Shown here: positions 11,285 to 24,618 of the stretch, piece by piece
Layout: each line of letters starts with the position of its first letter
Numbering within the stretch: position 1 is the first letter of the stretch
Source: Podarcis tiliguerta
Lineage: Eukaryota
Assembly (NCBI GenBank): GCA_965153285.1
Contig: OZ229121.1
Strand: one strand, 5' to 3'
DNA length: 64,000 nt
Translations under genes and position numbers: made by a program
The notes under the pieces: model-generated
The model's database searches: none
Told to the model about the DNA's origin: nothing
The model's input: the letters and a program-made list of their open reading frames with translations, nothing else

Positions 11285-13927
11285 CTACAGAAAAACACAC
11301 AGATTATATTAGTTATCAAAGTACTAGTACTATGTTTCCGAAATTACAAATACGTGCAAAAAAATATGCATGGACTCAGCTAGTCTTGGATGTGTTACAT
11401 ACACCTGCAGTTGCAAATATATATAATTATATATTTATAAATCTAAGATTATGAACCCATTTTAATACCCCTCCCCCAAATGGAAACATGCATTTAAAAA
11501 AAGATTAGCTATCCATATCAGTTTTTAGAACTTACATGAGGTAGAGACACACACAGCTGACCCATATTTGGCAGTTTTGGGGTGACATTAAAGGACAACA
11601 AGTTGTCTATTTCTCTCATTTAAATGAGGAAGAGGATTATTTGATTTTGTCTCATAGATCAAAATGTATTTGCCTCATCCTGAGTTAGGTCCTGTTGGTA
11701 GAGTTTTGAACTCTTCATTTTGGGGAGCTTATAAATGAATGTAAATCCAGACACCTGCCTTGACTACACTGTGAAATCCAGTATCAACTACATATGCGAT
11801 CAATCATTTTTAAAAATCCCATGTCATTTACAACTTTATAATTTAAACGTGGGCATTTGAAACAACATATTAACAGTGAAATTCTACACAAGTCTACTAG
11901 GAAGAAAGCCCTATTGAGTTCAAATAGTTGTACTGTAGATATGACTTTAGCCCAAACCAGTAAAAATATGCTGTTTTACTAAGTTTTGTACTAACTATAA
12001 TTAGGTCTTTGAGAATTATTTTGCTTTGAGTGGAAAGGGAAATAAAGTGAAAGTGAAATAAAAATAAAGCTGTTTTGAGGGCTTCCGGTGTGATGAAGCA
12101 CTGGTGAGAAAGAAAGCCCTATGCAGCAATGAAAAAAGGAATACAGCATAGTTTAGACAAAAGGAGACTCTGTAGTTTACAGAGAACTAGGCCTGTGGAA
12201 GCTGAACTGTAGAAGCCACACAATTTTTCACATGCTCTTGAACATGCCCAGTTCTGCTATGTACAGAGCCATTTATTGGTATCTAAACTATGTGTCATAA
12301 CCATTTCAACTGTTATGCAATCTCTCTTGTAGGCTTAAGGCACAATAGTCAGCAAAACTATGAGCATGACCTGGAACCTTTGAAACAATGAACTTCAATG
12401 CAGTACTTGCTGATCAAACAATACATTGCAACTTGGTAATGCTGTTTGTTAGCATTTGCATTTACTGAACTGAAATCAAAGTTGGGGGGAAAAAGAAGTC
12501 TTTAGAGGCAAAGATGAAAGGCTCCTATTCTTAATTTATACAATCCCAAAATATAGGCTATATGATTAAAGAGATTTAAGTTTAGAGGGTTACCTTAATA
12601 TTATAGAAAACAAATCTAACAGAAATGCCTTTAGCTTGTTGCTAGGCACCAGTAACTAAACTCAACATCTAATCCCTGCTTATGCAGAAATTGTAAATTG
12701 CATTCTCCTTGATAATAAAGAGAACTGATTAGAAGTTATTAATATTTTCTTTCTTTTTACCATCATCTTGTCAACAGACAGTCTATTTTTTGAAGCACGG
12801 CTTGTTGGATTAGTTTCCTACAGGAAGATACAGTTTGTGTAGGGGAGCGTGGAATCTCAATCTAGTCCTCTATAGACAAAAGGCTGCTTTCACCAATGTT
12901 ATCTCTTCAGAGAAGGGAAGGAAACAGTTTCTGAATGCTTTCTTGACTACTGTCTTGGGCCCTGCTCTTCTTTAGTTCCAGGGCTGCTCCTACCATTAGA
13001 CAGAGTGAGACAGCTGCCTTGGGTGGCTAATGTCGGAGACGAGAATCCTTCTACCATTCCCTTTGCACCTCTTAAGTTATTCTGTTGCCCTCAGGTAGGG
13101 GAGAGGATGTGGTCCTTTCACCAAGTAAGATCTGGCTTTTGCATTGGGAACAGGGAGGTGCCATCTTGACCTTTTCCTCAAGCAGCAAAATAACTTGTGT
13201 CGGCTCTGCTCAGTTTTGATCAATGCTATACCCATGTGGTACTATGAAGTATGAAACCTGTACAACATAATTTTCTTCAACTAACACCCCTGCAGTTACT
13301 AGTTATCTGAGTCCAAAGTGCAGATAAAATATTTTGATTTTTCCTGTGTTTTATTTATTGAGATCGCGTAGGTAAGTTGCAGGCTTACTGTACTACCTTT
13401 GACCAGGAAAATCTGCCCTATCAATTGTTTAGTTATTTATTTACTATATTTATACAGATGCCCCATAATATGTTCTCTGTAACCCCCACAAAGCAAAGAA
13501 ACAAACCATACCACTCATATTCCAGCAAATGTGGATTTTTAAAAAGAAACACATTTTATATCCGGGAAAATGGAGTAAAGCAAGCAAGCAAATTATTTAT
13601 GTATACTGTACATCTTGCAGTTAATGCATAAAAGCAGCCTAAGAAACACTTTAGAGTTCTAGTTCAAAGTTGAGATAATAAAGCACTCAACTATAGTACC
13701 CTCATGGGTTTATGGATCAGCTTCTAATACACAAGGTCACTTTGAACCTTTCAAAAAAATAATAATCATTTTCCTACCTATCAAAAATGGTGGCATCTCT
13801 TTCTCTTATACAAGCTGACTCGCCTTTCTGGGGTATACCCCTTTCACAATAGGCTTGTCTCTTTATCCAGATCTCGTGTACTCTTAAAATACAAATGTGC
13901 TACCAAGCAGAGTAAAATGGCTAAAAG

Positions 13928-14001
13928 CAGTGCTATTTTTCTAGAGAAAGAGGTGCTGGAACTGAGTTCTGGTGAGTTTGGACTGGGGGGGAAAAGCCCT
14001 G
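13928..14001. mobile_element. 74-bp hAT-type MITE
   Basis: cagtgctatttt...gaaaagccctg; perfect 8-bp TSD gctaaaag. Confidence 0.8.
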
Positions 14002-14264
14002 GCTAAAAGCATTTGTTACTGAAACATTTAAGATTGCACTGCCTTGTAGACATATGGTCCTGGGCTCCCTGTTTCTCTTTTGACAGCCTTCAAACTTCTA
14101 GGTCCATGCAAGGATGATCTAAGGTGTCTATACAACTGCCAGTATTGGGAGAATTAGTGTGCACAGTGACATTCTAAATCAAAACCAAAAAACATTAACG
14201 AAAGGTTTTCCACCTCAACCATTGCAAGTAAAGCTTCCAAGCACTGCTCTCATAGGGCCTAGAC

Positions 14265-14612
14265 CAAGTTCTCAAAGTTGGGGGGGGGGGGCTTTGCCCC
14301 TTTGGTTCCATGAGCTACTCCCCAGTGCCCCCTACCCTGTAAAAAAGAATATTATTCTAAATAGTGGCTTGCACTACCCACTGAGGAACATCACACAATA
14401 AAAATCAAAACAGTAAAAAAATAATTGCACACTTATTCAAAACCTAATTAAAACGAGTTTAATTTCCTCACAAACTTGATCCAGTGATACCAGATTTTCA
14501 AACTTTTATAGTCATTTACACCTCCAGCTGCTGCCCCCATGCCTCTAACTGCCCTCCTAGGTAATCCCACCATCCAGCAGGGGGTGGCACCCACCCCCTT
14601 TGGGAATCACTG
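14265..14612. mobile_element. hAT-like non-autonomous element (boundaries approximate)
   Basis: Ends ...gttctcaaagt / cctttgggaatcactg resemble Charlie/MER5-type CAGTGGTTCCCAAA termini. Confidence 0.55.
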
Positions 14613-14743
14613 GCTTCAACTTTTAAAAGTCAAAATACAAATGGAAACGTGTTTTTAAAAGTCAAAATACTTTTGAAGCATGTCATTTCCCAACACTTAG
14701 GCTGTGTACACACTCCCATTTACTCTGTACCCAAGGCACTCCG

Positions 14744-15263
14744 TGTCAGGAGTGTGTGCAGGAGCCAGGCCCTGTGACCGGTAGGGCTTCGCAGGACCGG
14801 GGCTTTCCTAAGTTTGTTCTCAAGAGGCAAGGTGCAGCTGCACAGGTGAGGCCGATTGGTAACTCACAGCACCTGGTGGCAACAGGGGATATAAGGTCAG
14901 CATTTCCCTTTGGCTCTTTGCCACAGCAACACGCTTTCTGCCTTGCTGCATTTAGCTTCTTGACTCCTGGCTTCCTGACCCCCTGACTCGTGACTCCTTG
15001 CTTCCTGACCCTTGCACCCTTGGCTTCGTGACACCTTGCTTCCTGTCCTTCACACCCTTGGCTTCTTGACTCATTGCTTCCTGACCCTCGCACCCTTGGC
15101 TTTGTGACTCCTTGCTTCCTGACCCTTGCTTCTTGACTCCCGGCTCTCTGACCCTTGGCTTCCTGGCTTCCAGACTCTCGTTCCTGCTCTCACCCCACCG
15201 TCTTGCCCCTGGTCCTGACGTCCTCCGCCAGGACTTCGACCGCCCGTAAACTGGACCGTGACA
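14744..15263 (+). mobile_element. Solo LTR (probably Gypsy-type) with internal minisatellite
   Basis: TGTCA...TGACA termini; perfect 5-bp TSD ctccg; gatataag TATA-like motif near 14888; tandem cttcctgacccttg repeats about 14955-15180. Confidence 0.88.
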
Positions 15264-15425
15264 CTCCGACTGATAGTTTGGGAAGTAGTTTACCCACAAC
15301 ATTAAACACAATCTGGTGGTGTTGTTTTTTAATGAATTACTGTTCTGATGTGTTTTTCTCCAGCCCAGCTTCGATCCAAATTAAGAAAAATAACAACCTG
15401 GTTGCATTTTACACCAGTAATGTGC

Positions 15426-15915
15426 TGTCATGAATGAGCCACCTCCCAGGGAAGGGTTGCTGCCAGCGGAAGACAGCAGGAAGGAACAGAGAGGGTTAAC
15501 TGCCATGCAGGATGAGCATCGGTTTGTGCCAACTCCACCGCCCCTTGGAATGCCAACCGATAAGGGCATGGCGGGGAGCCAGCTAGAATGCAGTCAAAGC
15601 TTGCCGGAAACACAAACAGGCAGGGAAGAATTAAGAGACAGCTTCTCAGAGAATGGCGAAGAGTAGGGTGCTGACGCACTCAGTCTGAGGTCTCGACGAA
15701 TGGGAGGGCTCCAAGATAGGAAGTAAAATAGATGTGTGAAGCGACAGTTCAGTTGCTTCTGGTCTCGCCGGAAGCAGGCTTCAGAAGGGTCATCATGACT
15801 GATGATGGCGGGGGTTGTGTTAGAGCCGTCCGGAGTTGTCTGTTTGTTTTGACAATAAATCATCCTTTTTAATTACGCTCGCTGTGTTATCAAGCCAAGG
15901 ACTGGACTCCTGACG
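15426..15915 (+). mobile_element. Second, older solo LTR of a different family
   Basis: TGTCA...TGACG termini; TSD tgtgc/tgggc; AATAAA about 60 nt before the 3' end. Confidence 0.7.
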
Positions 15916-16923
15916 TGGGCACACAACCTTGGTTAGCAATTCTGCCTTGGGAATCCAATCACATTCACAGATGATGTTGTGAACCCAGAAGTTTTGTTAA
16001 GATCTCATGCACAAATAGGATCAATGACATGATTTTAATTTTATTTTATTCTGGGTTGGTAAAGGCTTCAAAAGGAATAGCTGTGGGAATGTTATTAATC
16101 ATGCCCTCATTTGACCTTTAGCCTTGACTACTACATTAAAAAATAATCAAAGGGCCAGTAATACCACGGATCACAACAAAGGGGACAACATATGTACCCA
16201 GCACACAAACACTTTATTAAATTGTTTTTGCTTTCCTAAACTTCTGAAATAAATGTCCCTGCAACAAACAAATAAAAAGGGGAATAACATTAGTCCAAGC
16301 CAACCTCAGCCAAAATGACAACACATTGGAAAGAAACCAGTTTTTCCATACTGTAGAATCACTTAAGATTACAAATTGGTCCTATGCATGTTTACTTGGA
16401 AGTAAGGTCCAATGGATTGAATTAGACTTTATTTACATATAAATTCATTTAGAATTGTAGCTTTAGAAGACATTTCCAAGCTTGGTGTCATCTAACAAGG
16501 TTGAGCAGCTGGTTAACTTCCCATTCACCTCTCCGTGTTTGGGAAAATTAGCATGACCCACAACAATTACGTAGGCTTTCCCAGTATTGCTTTTTTATTT
16601 TTGTACCCACTTCAGTTTCTGGTGCAATCCGTTGTCTTCAAATTATATACAAGTCTTACTAAAATGAATGTTGTTGCTTCAGAGTAATACTCGATAAATA
16701 ACGCTCTTACCCCAAGCCAAGTCTTTTTATTAACATCCTTTTAACTCCCATTATTATTATTATTAAACTCTGAGTTAAATACAGTTTAGTATTTTTTAAA
16801 CAGACCCAGAGAAATCAATGGGATGGAATCTAAACTTAAGTCAACTTTAGCACAGACCCACTAAAATCAATGGGATTAAGTTGGGATACATGACTAATTT
16901 AAGCATGCCTATCTCTGAATCCA

Positions 16924-19564
16924 TCATAGTCAACAAAAGAGTGATGAAAGCTGTACTGGGATGCAATCTCAAACATGATAGAATGATCTCGATACGAATC
17001 CAAGGCAGACCTTTGAACATAACAATAATCCAAGTTTATGCACCAACTACTGGTGCTGAAGAAACTGAAACTGACCAATTCTATGAAGACTTACAACACC
17101 TTATAGAAGTGACACCAAAGAAGGATGTTCTTCTCATTATAGGGGATTGGAATGCTAAAGTAGGGAATCAAGAGATAAAAGGAACAACTGGCAAATTTGG
17201 TCTTGGAATTCAAAATGAAGCAGGGCAAAGGCTAATAGAGTTCTGTCAAGAGAACAAGCTGGTCATCACAAACACTCTTTTCCAACAACACAAGAGACGA
17301 CTCTACACATGGACATCACCAGATGGGCAGCATCGAAATCAGATTGATTATATTCTCTGCAGCCAAAGATGGAGAAGCTCTATACAGTCAGCAAAAACAA
17401 GACCTGGAGCTGACTGTGGCTCAGATCATCAGCTTCTTATAGCAAAATTCAAGCTTAAACTGAAGAAAGTAGGAAAAACCACTGGGCCGGTAAGATACAA
17501 TCTAAACCAAATCCCTTATGAATACACAGTGGAAGTGAGGAACAGGTTTAAGGATTTAGATTTGCTGGACAGAGTGCCTGAAGAACTATGGATGGAGGCT
17601 CGAAACATTATACAGGAGGCAGCAACGAAAACCATCCCAATGAAAAGGAAATGCAAGAAAGCAAAGTGGCTGTCCAATGAGGCCTTACAAATAGAGGGGG
17701 AGAGAAGGCAAGCAAAATGCGAGGGAGATAGAGAAAGATACAGGAAATTGAATGCAGAATTCCAAAAAATAGCAAGGAGAGACAAGAAGGCCTTCTTAAA
17801 TGAGCAATGCAAAGAAATAGAGGAAAACAGCAGAATGGGAAGAACCAGAGATCTGTTCAAGAAAACTGGAGATATGAAAGGAACATTTCGTTCAAAGATT
17901 ACCATAATAATGGACAAAAGTGGTAAGGACCTAACAGAAGCAGAAGACATCAAGAAGAGGTGGCAAGAATACACAGAGGAATTCTACCAGAAAGATATGG
18001 ATGCCTCGTACACCCCAGGTAGTGTGGTTGCTGACCTTGAGCCAGACATCCTGGAGAGTGAAGTCAAATGGGCCTTAGAAAGCATTACAAATAACAAGGC
18101 CAGTGGAGGTGATGGTATTCCAGCTGAACTATTTAAAATTTTAAAAGATGATGCTGTTAAGGTGCTACACTCAATATGCCAGCAAGTTTGGAAAACTCAG
18201 CAGTGGCCAGAGGATTGGAGAAGGTCAGTCTACATCCCAATCCCAAAGAAGGGCAGTGCTAAAGAATGCTCCAACTACCGCACAATTGCACTCATTTCAC
18301 ACGCTAGCAAGGTTATGCTTAAAATTCTTCAAGGAAGGCTCAAGCAGTATGTGGACCGAGAACTCCCAGAAGTGCAAGCTGGATTTAGAAGAGGCAGAGG
18401 AACCAGAGACCAAATTGCAAACATGCGCTGGATTATGGAGAAAGCTAGAGAGTTCCAAAAAGACATCTACTTCTGCTTCATTGACTATGCAAAAGCCTTT
18501 GACTGTGTCGACCACAGCAAACTATGGCAAGTTCTTAAAGAAATGGGAGTGCCTGATCACCTCATCTGTCTCCTGAGAAATCTCTATGTGGGACAAGAAG
18601 CTACAGTTAGAACTGGATATGGAACAACTGATTGGTTCAAAATTGGGAAACGAGTACGACAAGGCTGTATTTTGTCTCCCTGCTTATTTAACTTATATGC
18701 AGAATTCATCATGCGAAAGGCTGGGCTGGATGAATCCCTGGCTGGAATTAAGATTGCTGGAAGAAATATCAACAACCTCAGATATGCAGATGACACAACC
18801 TTGATGGCAGAAAGCGAGGAGGAATTAAAAAACCTTTTATTGAGGGTGAAAGAGGAGAGCGCAAAATACGGTCTGAAGCTCAACATCAAAAAAACGAAGA
18901 TCATGGCCACTGGTCCCATCACCTCCTGGCAAATAGAAGGGGAGGAAATGGAGGCAGTGAGAGATTTTACTTTCTTGGGCTCCATGATCACTGCAGATGA
19001 TGACAGCAGCCACGAAATTAAGAGACGCCTGCTTCTTGGGAGGAAAGCAATGACAAACCTAGACAGCATTTTAAAAAGTAGAGACATCACCTTGCCAACA
19101 AAGGTCCCTATAGTAAAAGCTATGGTTTTCCCAGTAGTGATGTATGGAAGTGAGAGCTGGACCATAAAGAAGGCTGATCGCCGAAGAATTGACGCTTTTG
19201 AATTATGGTGCTGGAGGAAACTCTTGAGAGTCCCATGGACTGCAAGAAGATCAAATGCATCCATTCTTAAGGAAATCAGCCCTGAGTGCTCACTGGAAGG
19301 ACAGATCGTGAAGCTGAGGCTCCAATACTTTGGCCACCTCATGAGAAGAGAAGACTCACTGGAAAAGACCCTGATGTTGGGAAAGATGGAGGACACAAGG
19401 AGAAGGGGACGACAGAGGATGAGATGGTTAGACAGTGTTCTCGAAGCTACAAACATGAATCTGACCAAACTGCAGGTGGCAGTGGAAGACAGGAGTGCCT
19501 GGCGTGCTCTGGTCCATGGGGTCACGAAGAGTCGGACACGACTGAACGACTAAACAACAACAAC
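16924..19564 (+). mobile_element. BovB / RTE-clade LINE, 5'-truncated, with an uninterrupted APE endonuclease-RT ORF remnant
   Basis: ORF 16881..19553 with IIGDWNAKVG, NQIDYIL, GSDHQLL, QGCILSP, YADD; (CAA)n tail; perfect 13-bp TSD atctctgaatcca (16911-16923, 19565-19577). Confidence 0.97.
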
Positions 19565-20366
19565 ATCTCTGAATCCAACCCTACATATTCTGTATAGCTG
19601 TCCAAACCATGAAGCTGTTCAAATAGGCGAAGCTAACTTTTTAAGTATATGCACCACACAAAAGTAACGACTTGCTCTTTGCAAGGAATGCTCTGCATCC
19701 TCGTTGCATTTGTGCATGATCCTCCCTGAACCTGCAACTTTATATTATATAGGAGCATACACAGAATAGAAAAGGGTAATTATTTTAATAATCCGAATGA
19801 ACTACACTGTTTGTTTGCAAACTTTCGATTTATTTATTTTTTTAAAAAACCCAAGCACAAATGTTAAGAGCAAAAACTAAAATAAATTGCGTTGTTAGAT
19901 CTCCATAGTTGGTTCAATTAACATAATCTTCCTGAAAAATCACCTTTTTTTCAGAACAGCTAACACAAAATCCTAATTATTTTAATTCCCTTAATTGCTT
20001 CAAATAACTATGCCTAATGAAAGACCCGTTTGCCCTTTGAATACTTGTAATTAAAAAACAAAACAAAACTAGAATTATGATAGCAAAAGTAGTCATCCTT
20101 TTGTGTGTCTATCAAGGCGGATACATGCTAATTACAAGGGAAGACATCATTCACAACCTCTTCAGTTTGATATAGTAATGTATGCACAACAATTATGTGC
20201 ACACATAATGCAGTAATGCACACTTTTTAAAGAAATGATATTGTGATGAAATGTGTATTACTTGATTTAAGGTATTTTCTTGACAGTACAAGCATACAAA
20301 TAAGGAATTTCCAAGAAAGTTATTTACAGTACAAAGGATTCAAGCTAGTGCGTTTTCAATATACAT

Positions 20367-20385
20367 GTGCGCCACCTTGTGGTGA
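20367..20385 (-). promoter_or_regulatory. Candidate CTCF site
   Basis: Minus strand caCCACAAGGTGGCGCac is a close match to the CTCF core; motif evidence only. Confidence 0.55.
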
Positions 20386-21064
20386 AATACATATTTTAAA
20401 AGATCATCTTAAAATTTGATTGCAAGGTATCTGAGGGACGAAAGAACCTAACTTGAGGGTAGGAAACTTGTGCCTCCTCCCCAAGTTCATACAAAAGGCC
20501 TGCTCCCCCCCCCCCCAACAAAAATGCTGGCTACACCCATGGCGAGGAGGATGCTGAACTTTCTCCCTCAAATTGTTCTTTCCTCAGATCGTTTCTCTTC
20601 CGTATTTTCTCCCCTAAGAGGAGTTACATCTGATCTCAGATATCCATTGGGACAAAAACAGCTAAAGATAGTCTTCCTATCCAAATGTGTTAGTAGAAGC
20701 TGCACTGCCTTTCAGAACACTGTGTTCACCTCTGGTAACTCGATTTCTAAAAGGATAACTGGAGAAGGTACAGAAAGTAGCAACTAAAATGATTAGGGAA
20801 ATAAAGCAGTGGTTTTACGATGACAGAAAGCATGACTAAGGGGATACATGATATAGATTCATAAAATGTTGAAATAGGTAGAGAAATCATTCTCTCCCTA
20901 AATTTTAGCTTCCCAGCCCATCCAATAAAATTGCTCACTCGTTTCAATTAAAATAAGCAAAAGGAATCAACTTGTGCAAACCATAGCTAAGAAAGAGTGA
21001 TGGCTGCTAAATTAGATGGAAACTTAGTACAGAAAGTCATTGATCTGTAAGTCTATTAGCTGTA

Positions 21065-21070
<6 letters not shown>

Positions 21071-21111
<41 letters not shown>
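21071..21111. repeat. (AAT)n microsatellite
   Basis: About 13 perfect units. Confidence 0.95.
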
Positions 21112-21899
21112 GCCTCCATATTCAGGCATCATACTTTTAATAACCAGATACTGGGGGAAATTACTGGAGATAGCCATCTCCATGGTTACTCCGCTTGCAA
21201 GCTTCCAAACATCTGACTTACTCACTGTTTTAAACAGCATGTGCAACTAGATAGGCATTTGATCTAATCTAATAAAGCAATTCCTAGGGCTTAAAAAACC
21301 TCACTATAGCTCTTTCAAGATACCTCATTTGTGTATTCCAGCTTAACCATTTCAAACTCTAATCCATTATCCAATTAAGATGACATACAGATCTAAGCTG
21401 ATTATGCAGTATATGTTTAAATCCTAGTTCTTAGGTTTTAACTGAACTGTATTTCAGGCTGTAAATGATTTTGGAATCAGAAGGAAACTTCCCTTTTAAA
21501 ATAAAAAGCTTTTCAAATATTCCACTTAGTAGAATTATCCTATTTTGTATTGATTATTCTATTCACATTGGGGTATTTTTCCTCTACAAAACTTATTTCT
21601 CACTTTGTGCATGTGTGTGTGTGTGTGTGTGTTTATAACATATCAAAAAGATGAAACAAATATCTAGAAGCAGATATCTTTAAAAATGTCATTTCAGCTT
21701 AAACAGGGTACTGCTATTTTTACAGGCAGATACAATCTGCTTACGTGACTAAACACTTCCAGAAATTGACTTAACTATTCAAGAAGTGCTTTCAAAGATT
21801 GCATTTTAAGGGAAATCCATGTTAAATGAGCTAATGGTGCAAGGGAGCGTCAATTAGGAGGTATCATTTATTATTTAACTGAAGTAAATTTAACGTACA

Positions 21900-22262
21900 G
21901 GGACGTGGGTGGCGCTGTGGTCTAAACCACAGAGCCTAGGGCTTGCCGATTGGAAGGTCGGTGGTTCAAATCCCCGCGATGGGGTGATCTCCTGTTGTTC
22001 GGTCTCAGGTCCTGCCAACCTAGCAGTTCAAAAGCATGTCAAAGTGCAAGTAGATAAATAGGTACCACTCCGGCGGGAAGGTAAATGGCATTTCCGTGCA
22101 CTGCTCTGGTTTCGCCAGAAGCAGCTTAGTCATGCTGGCCACATGACCCAGAAAAACTCTCTGCGGACAAATGTCGGCTCCCTCGGTCAGTAAAGCGAGA
22201 TGAGTGCCGCAACCCCAAAGTCGTTTACGACTGGACTTAACTGTCAGGGGTCCTTTACCTTT
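21900..22262 (+). mobile_element. Sauria SINE, full length
   Basis: gggacgtgggtggcgctgtgg...ggggtcctttaccttt; homologous to the other three copies. Confidence 0.93.
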
Positions 22263-23918
22263 TTAAAATTTGAGGTACCTATGCCACTGAAGTTTGCTAG
22301 GCTCAGCCTGGGAATTAACTTTGGGTGCTTGGCAATGCTTACTTCAAACACGAGATGAGCATCAGAAGCCCACCACAAATGTTTTCACAGCTTGAATTAT
22401 GATCTTTGGTTAATCCTGCTCTGAAGGCTTACGCCCATGGAAGCTACTGCTGGAGTGCAACGGTCCCTAGTAGTAGTTGCTCTCAGTCCTAGTTTCTTTG
22501 GTGTGCAGTCTCAGAAACGAACTCCCTGCATATACCAGTGGCCTCCCTTCCTTCTACCTTGACTGCTTTCTGAGACGACAACCAGAAAAGTGCTGCTGGC
22601 AGGAAGGGTTTATTATCTGAGCCTCAAACAGATTTAAGTACTTTTTAATCAGTGGAAAATTCACCAACCTCCAAAATGCATGTATTAACACCTAACAGCT
22701 ATAAATCTATAGCACATGGGTTCCAATCCAGAATTGATACATAGATCCCAACCCAGAAATTTCAAAGGCAACGTTATTTAAACTTGCCTTTACAAAGTGC
22801 AAATTATCTGGATTTATAAACAGGACAGAAATTCACCAAAAGTAATTGACTTGGCAGCCGTCACTGAGAATCTTTTGGGCAGGTTCCATCAGGAGAAAAG
22901 AGAAACTGATTTTTGAAAAGCAATTTCTAGATCATAATAATAAATATTCAAACTTTTATTTGGAACTTCGGAATAACTCAGGAACTTATAATTAAAATGC
23001 TTCAAACTAAAGCACAGATAAACTCTAAAATGCTATATGGGCCCTCGAATGGCAGCATCTCCGAGATCGATATTTTACATGCTCATTCAAGTGTTATGAT
23101 CTCACACCAGTGAGTAGGGTAAGTGCAGTACAACTGACTTACCAGCGCAGTCAAAAATAAAAAGATACCTGCATTTTCCTGGAGCTGTGCCAATGAAAGC
23201 AGCAAATCCAAAAGCAGGAGCTGTGGCATTGAAAACAAGTATTCAGATGTTGTCAGAACCAGAAGCTGGAGTGGACTTAAAACATGGTACGTCAAGCCTT
23301 TAGTTAATATTTTAACTAGATCTAGTTAAGACAATTTTATTAAACTAAGCTTTCCTTAATGGATTGCATAGGATAACAATTTCTAAATATCTCTGAAAAT
23401 TATTAATTAGTAATGTTTCTGGGTTTCACATTTTATCTCTGCCACCTCTATTTTTAAGACTAATTACTTTATGCATATGCAATTATTCTGGCCAGTAATT
23501 AAAAGATATGAATGTTTACTTGTTGTTTTCACTATAGTGTGCTTTATTATTATTTTGTGGTGTTTTCATATCTGTGAAGATAGTAAATCACTTGGGGATA
23601 AAGGAAAATATCAGGAACAGGCTAATTTCAGAAGCTGACAAAGGAATTCACAATGTCAAGAAGGCTTTGGTTCAAGTGCAATTTGTGGTAATTACTGGTA
23701 TATCTGAGTTAATCTTAATAGCAGGCTTGTCTGCTTATGAAGTACAGCCACTTCTTGATCAACAGAGCATCATCCTGTGTTTAGAAGCTGTTTGAATCAT
23801 CTATGAACCCTACAACTAGGCTCTGTAACCACCCTCATTTTTACCATCAAATGTAGCACTATTGCTTGGATACATTTCAGGAGCCATACAGATGTTCCAA
23901 TAACTGTCTGGCCTAAAA

Positions 23919-24054
23919 CAGGCATCCTCAACCTCAGCCCTCCAGATGTTTTTGGCCTACAACTCCCATGATACCTAGCTAGCAGGACCAAAGGTCAGGG
24001 ATGATGGGAATTGTAGTATCAAAACATCTGGAGGGCTGGAGTTGAAGAAGCCTA
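23919..24054. mobile_element. Palindromic hAT MITE (ACTACA family)
   Basis: Homologous to 6442-6578: ccctccagatgtttt...aaaacatctggaggg. Confidence 0.85.
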
Positions 24055-24358
24055 TTTTAGGCCATAAAATAATAAGCTGTTACCTGTGCTATTAATTCTG
24101 GAGCAATGTATTTCAGAATTCTGCTGCAAAAGTATAATTGTTTATGATTACCCATTCAGCTAGAGTATTCCTTCAACAGTAGAAGCTTCCCACCACCCCA
24201 TACCTAGCTGGCAGTTAAGTCATCTGTTTATTACATGTTGAGACAGAGAATCACAACCATTTCCCTATAATACATAATCAAAAAGCTCTCACAAAGAGGA
24301 ATGTCCTGAAAATAGGATACAGAGAGAGGTACACAGCAGAGATTAAATGTGCCAATTA

Positions 24359-24618
24359 CCGTATTTTTTGCTCTATAAGACTCACCTTTTCCCTCCTAAA
24401 AAGTAAGGGGAAATGTGTGTGTGTCTTATGGAGTGAATGCAGGCTGCGCAGCTATCCCAGAAGCCAGAACAGCAAGAGGAATTGCTGCTTTCATTGCGCA
24501 GCGATCCCTCTTGCTGTTCTGGCTTCTGGGATTCAGAATATTTATTTTTCTTGTTTTCCTCCTCCAAAAACTAGGTGCGTCTTGTGGTCTGGTGCGTCTT
24601 ATAGAGCGAAAAATACGG
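24359..24618. mobile_element. Tc1/mariner-type MITE with internal hairpin
   Basis: TA|ccgtattttttgctctataagac...gtcttatagagcgaaaaatacgg; second copy at 41645-41905. Confidence 0.88.

Noticed and set aside
14955-15180. Repeat array that could be mistaken for a CRISPR or a coding repeat
   Set aside because: Degenerate tandem minisatellite without unique spacers, inside an LTR of a vertebrate genome.
16881-16923. N-terminus MGYMTNLSMPISES of the 890-aa ORF
   Set aside because: Derived from flanking DNA and the TSD; the element is 5'-truncated and is not a domesticated gene on present evidence.
18584-19525. 313-aa antisense ORF in BovB (also 57901-58479 and 63485-63913)
   Set aside because: Shadow of the RT coding strand shared by descent among copies; no independent coding evidence.
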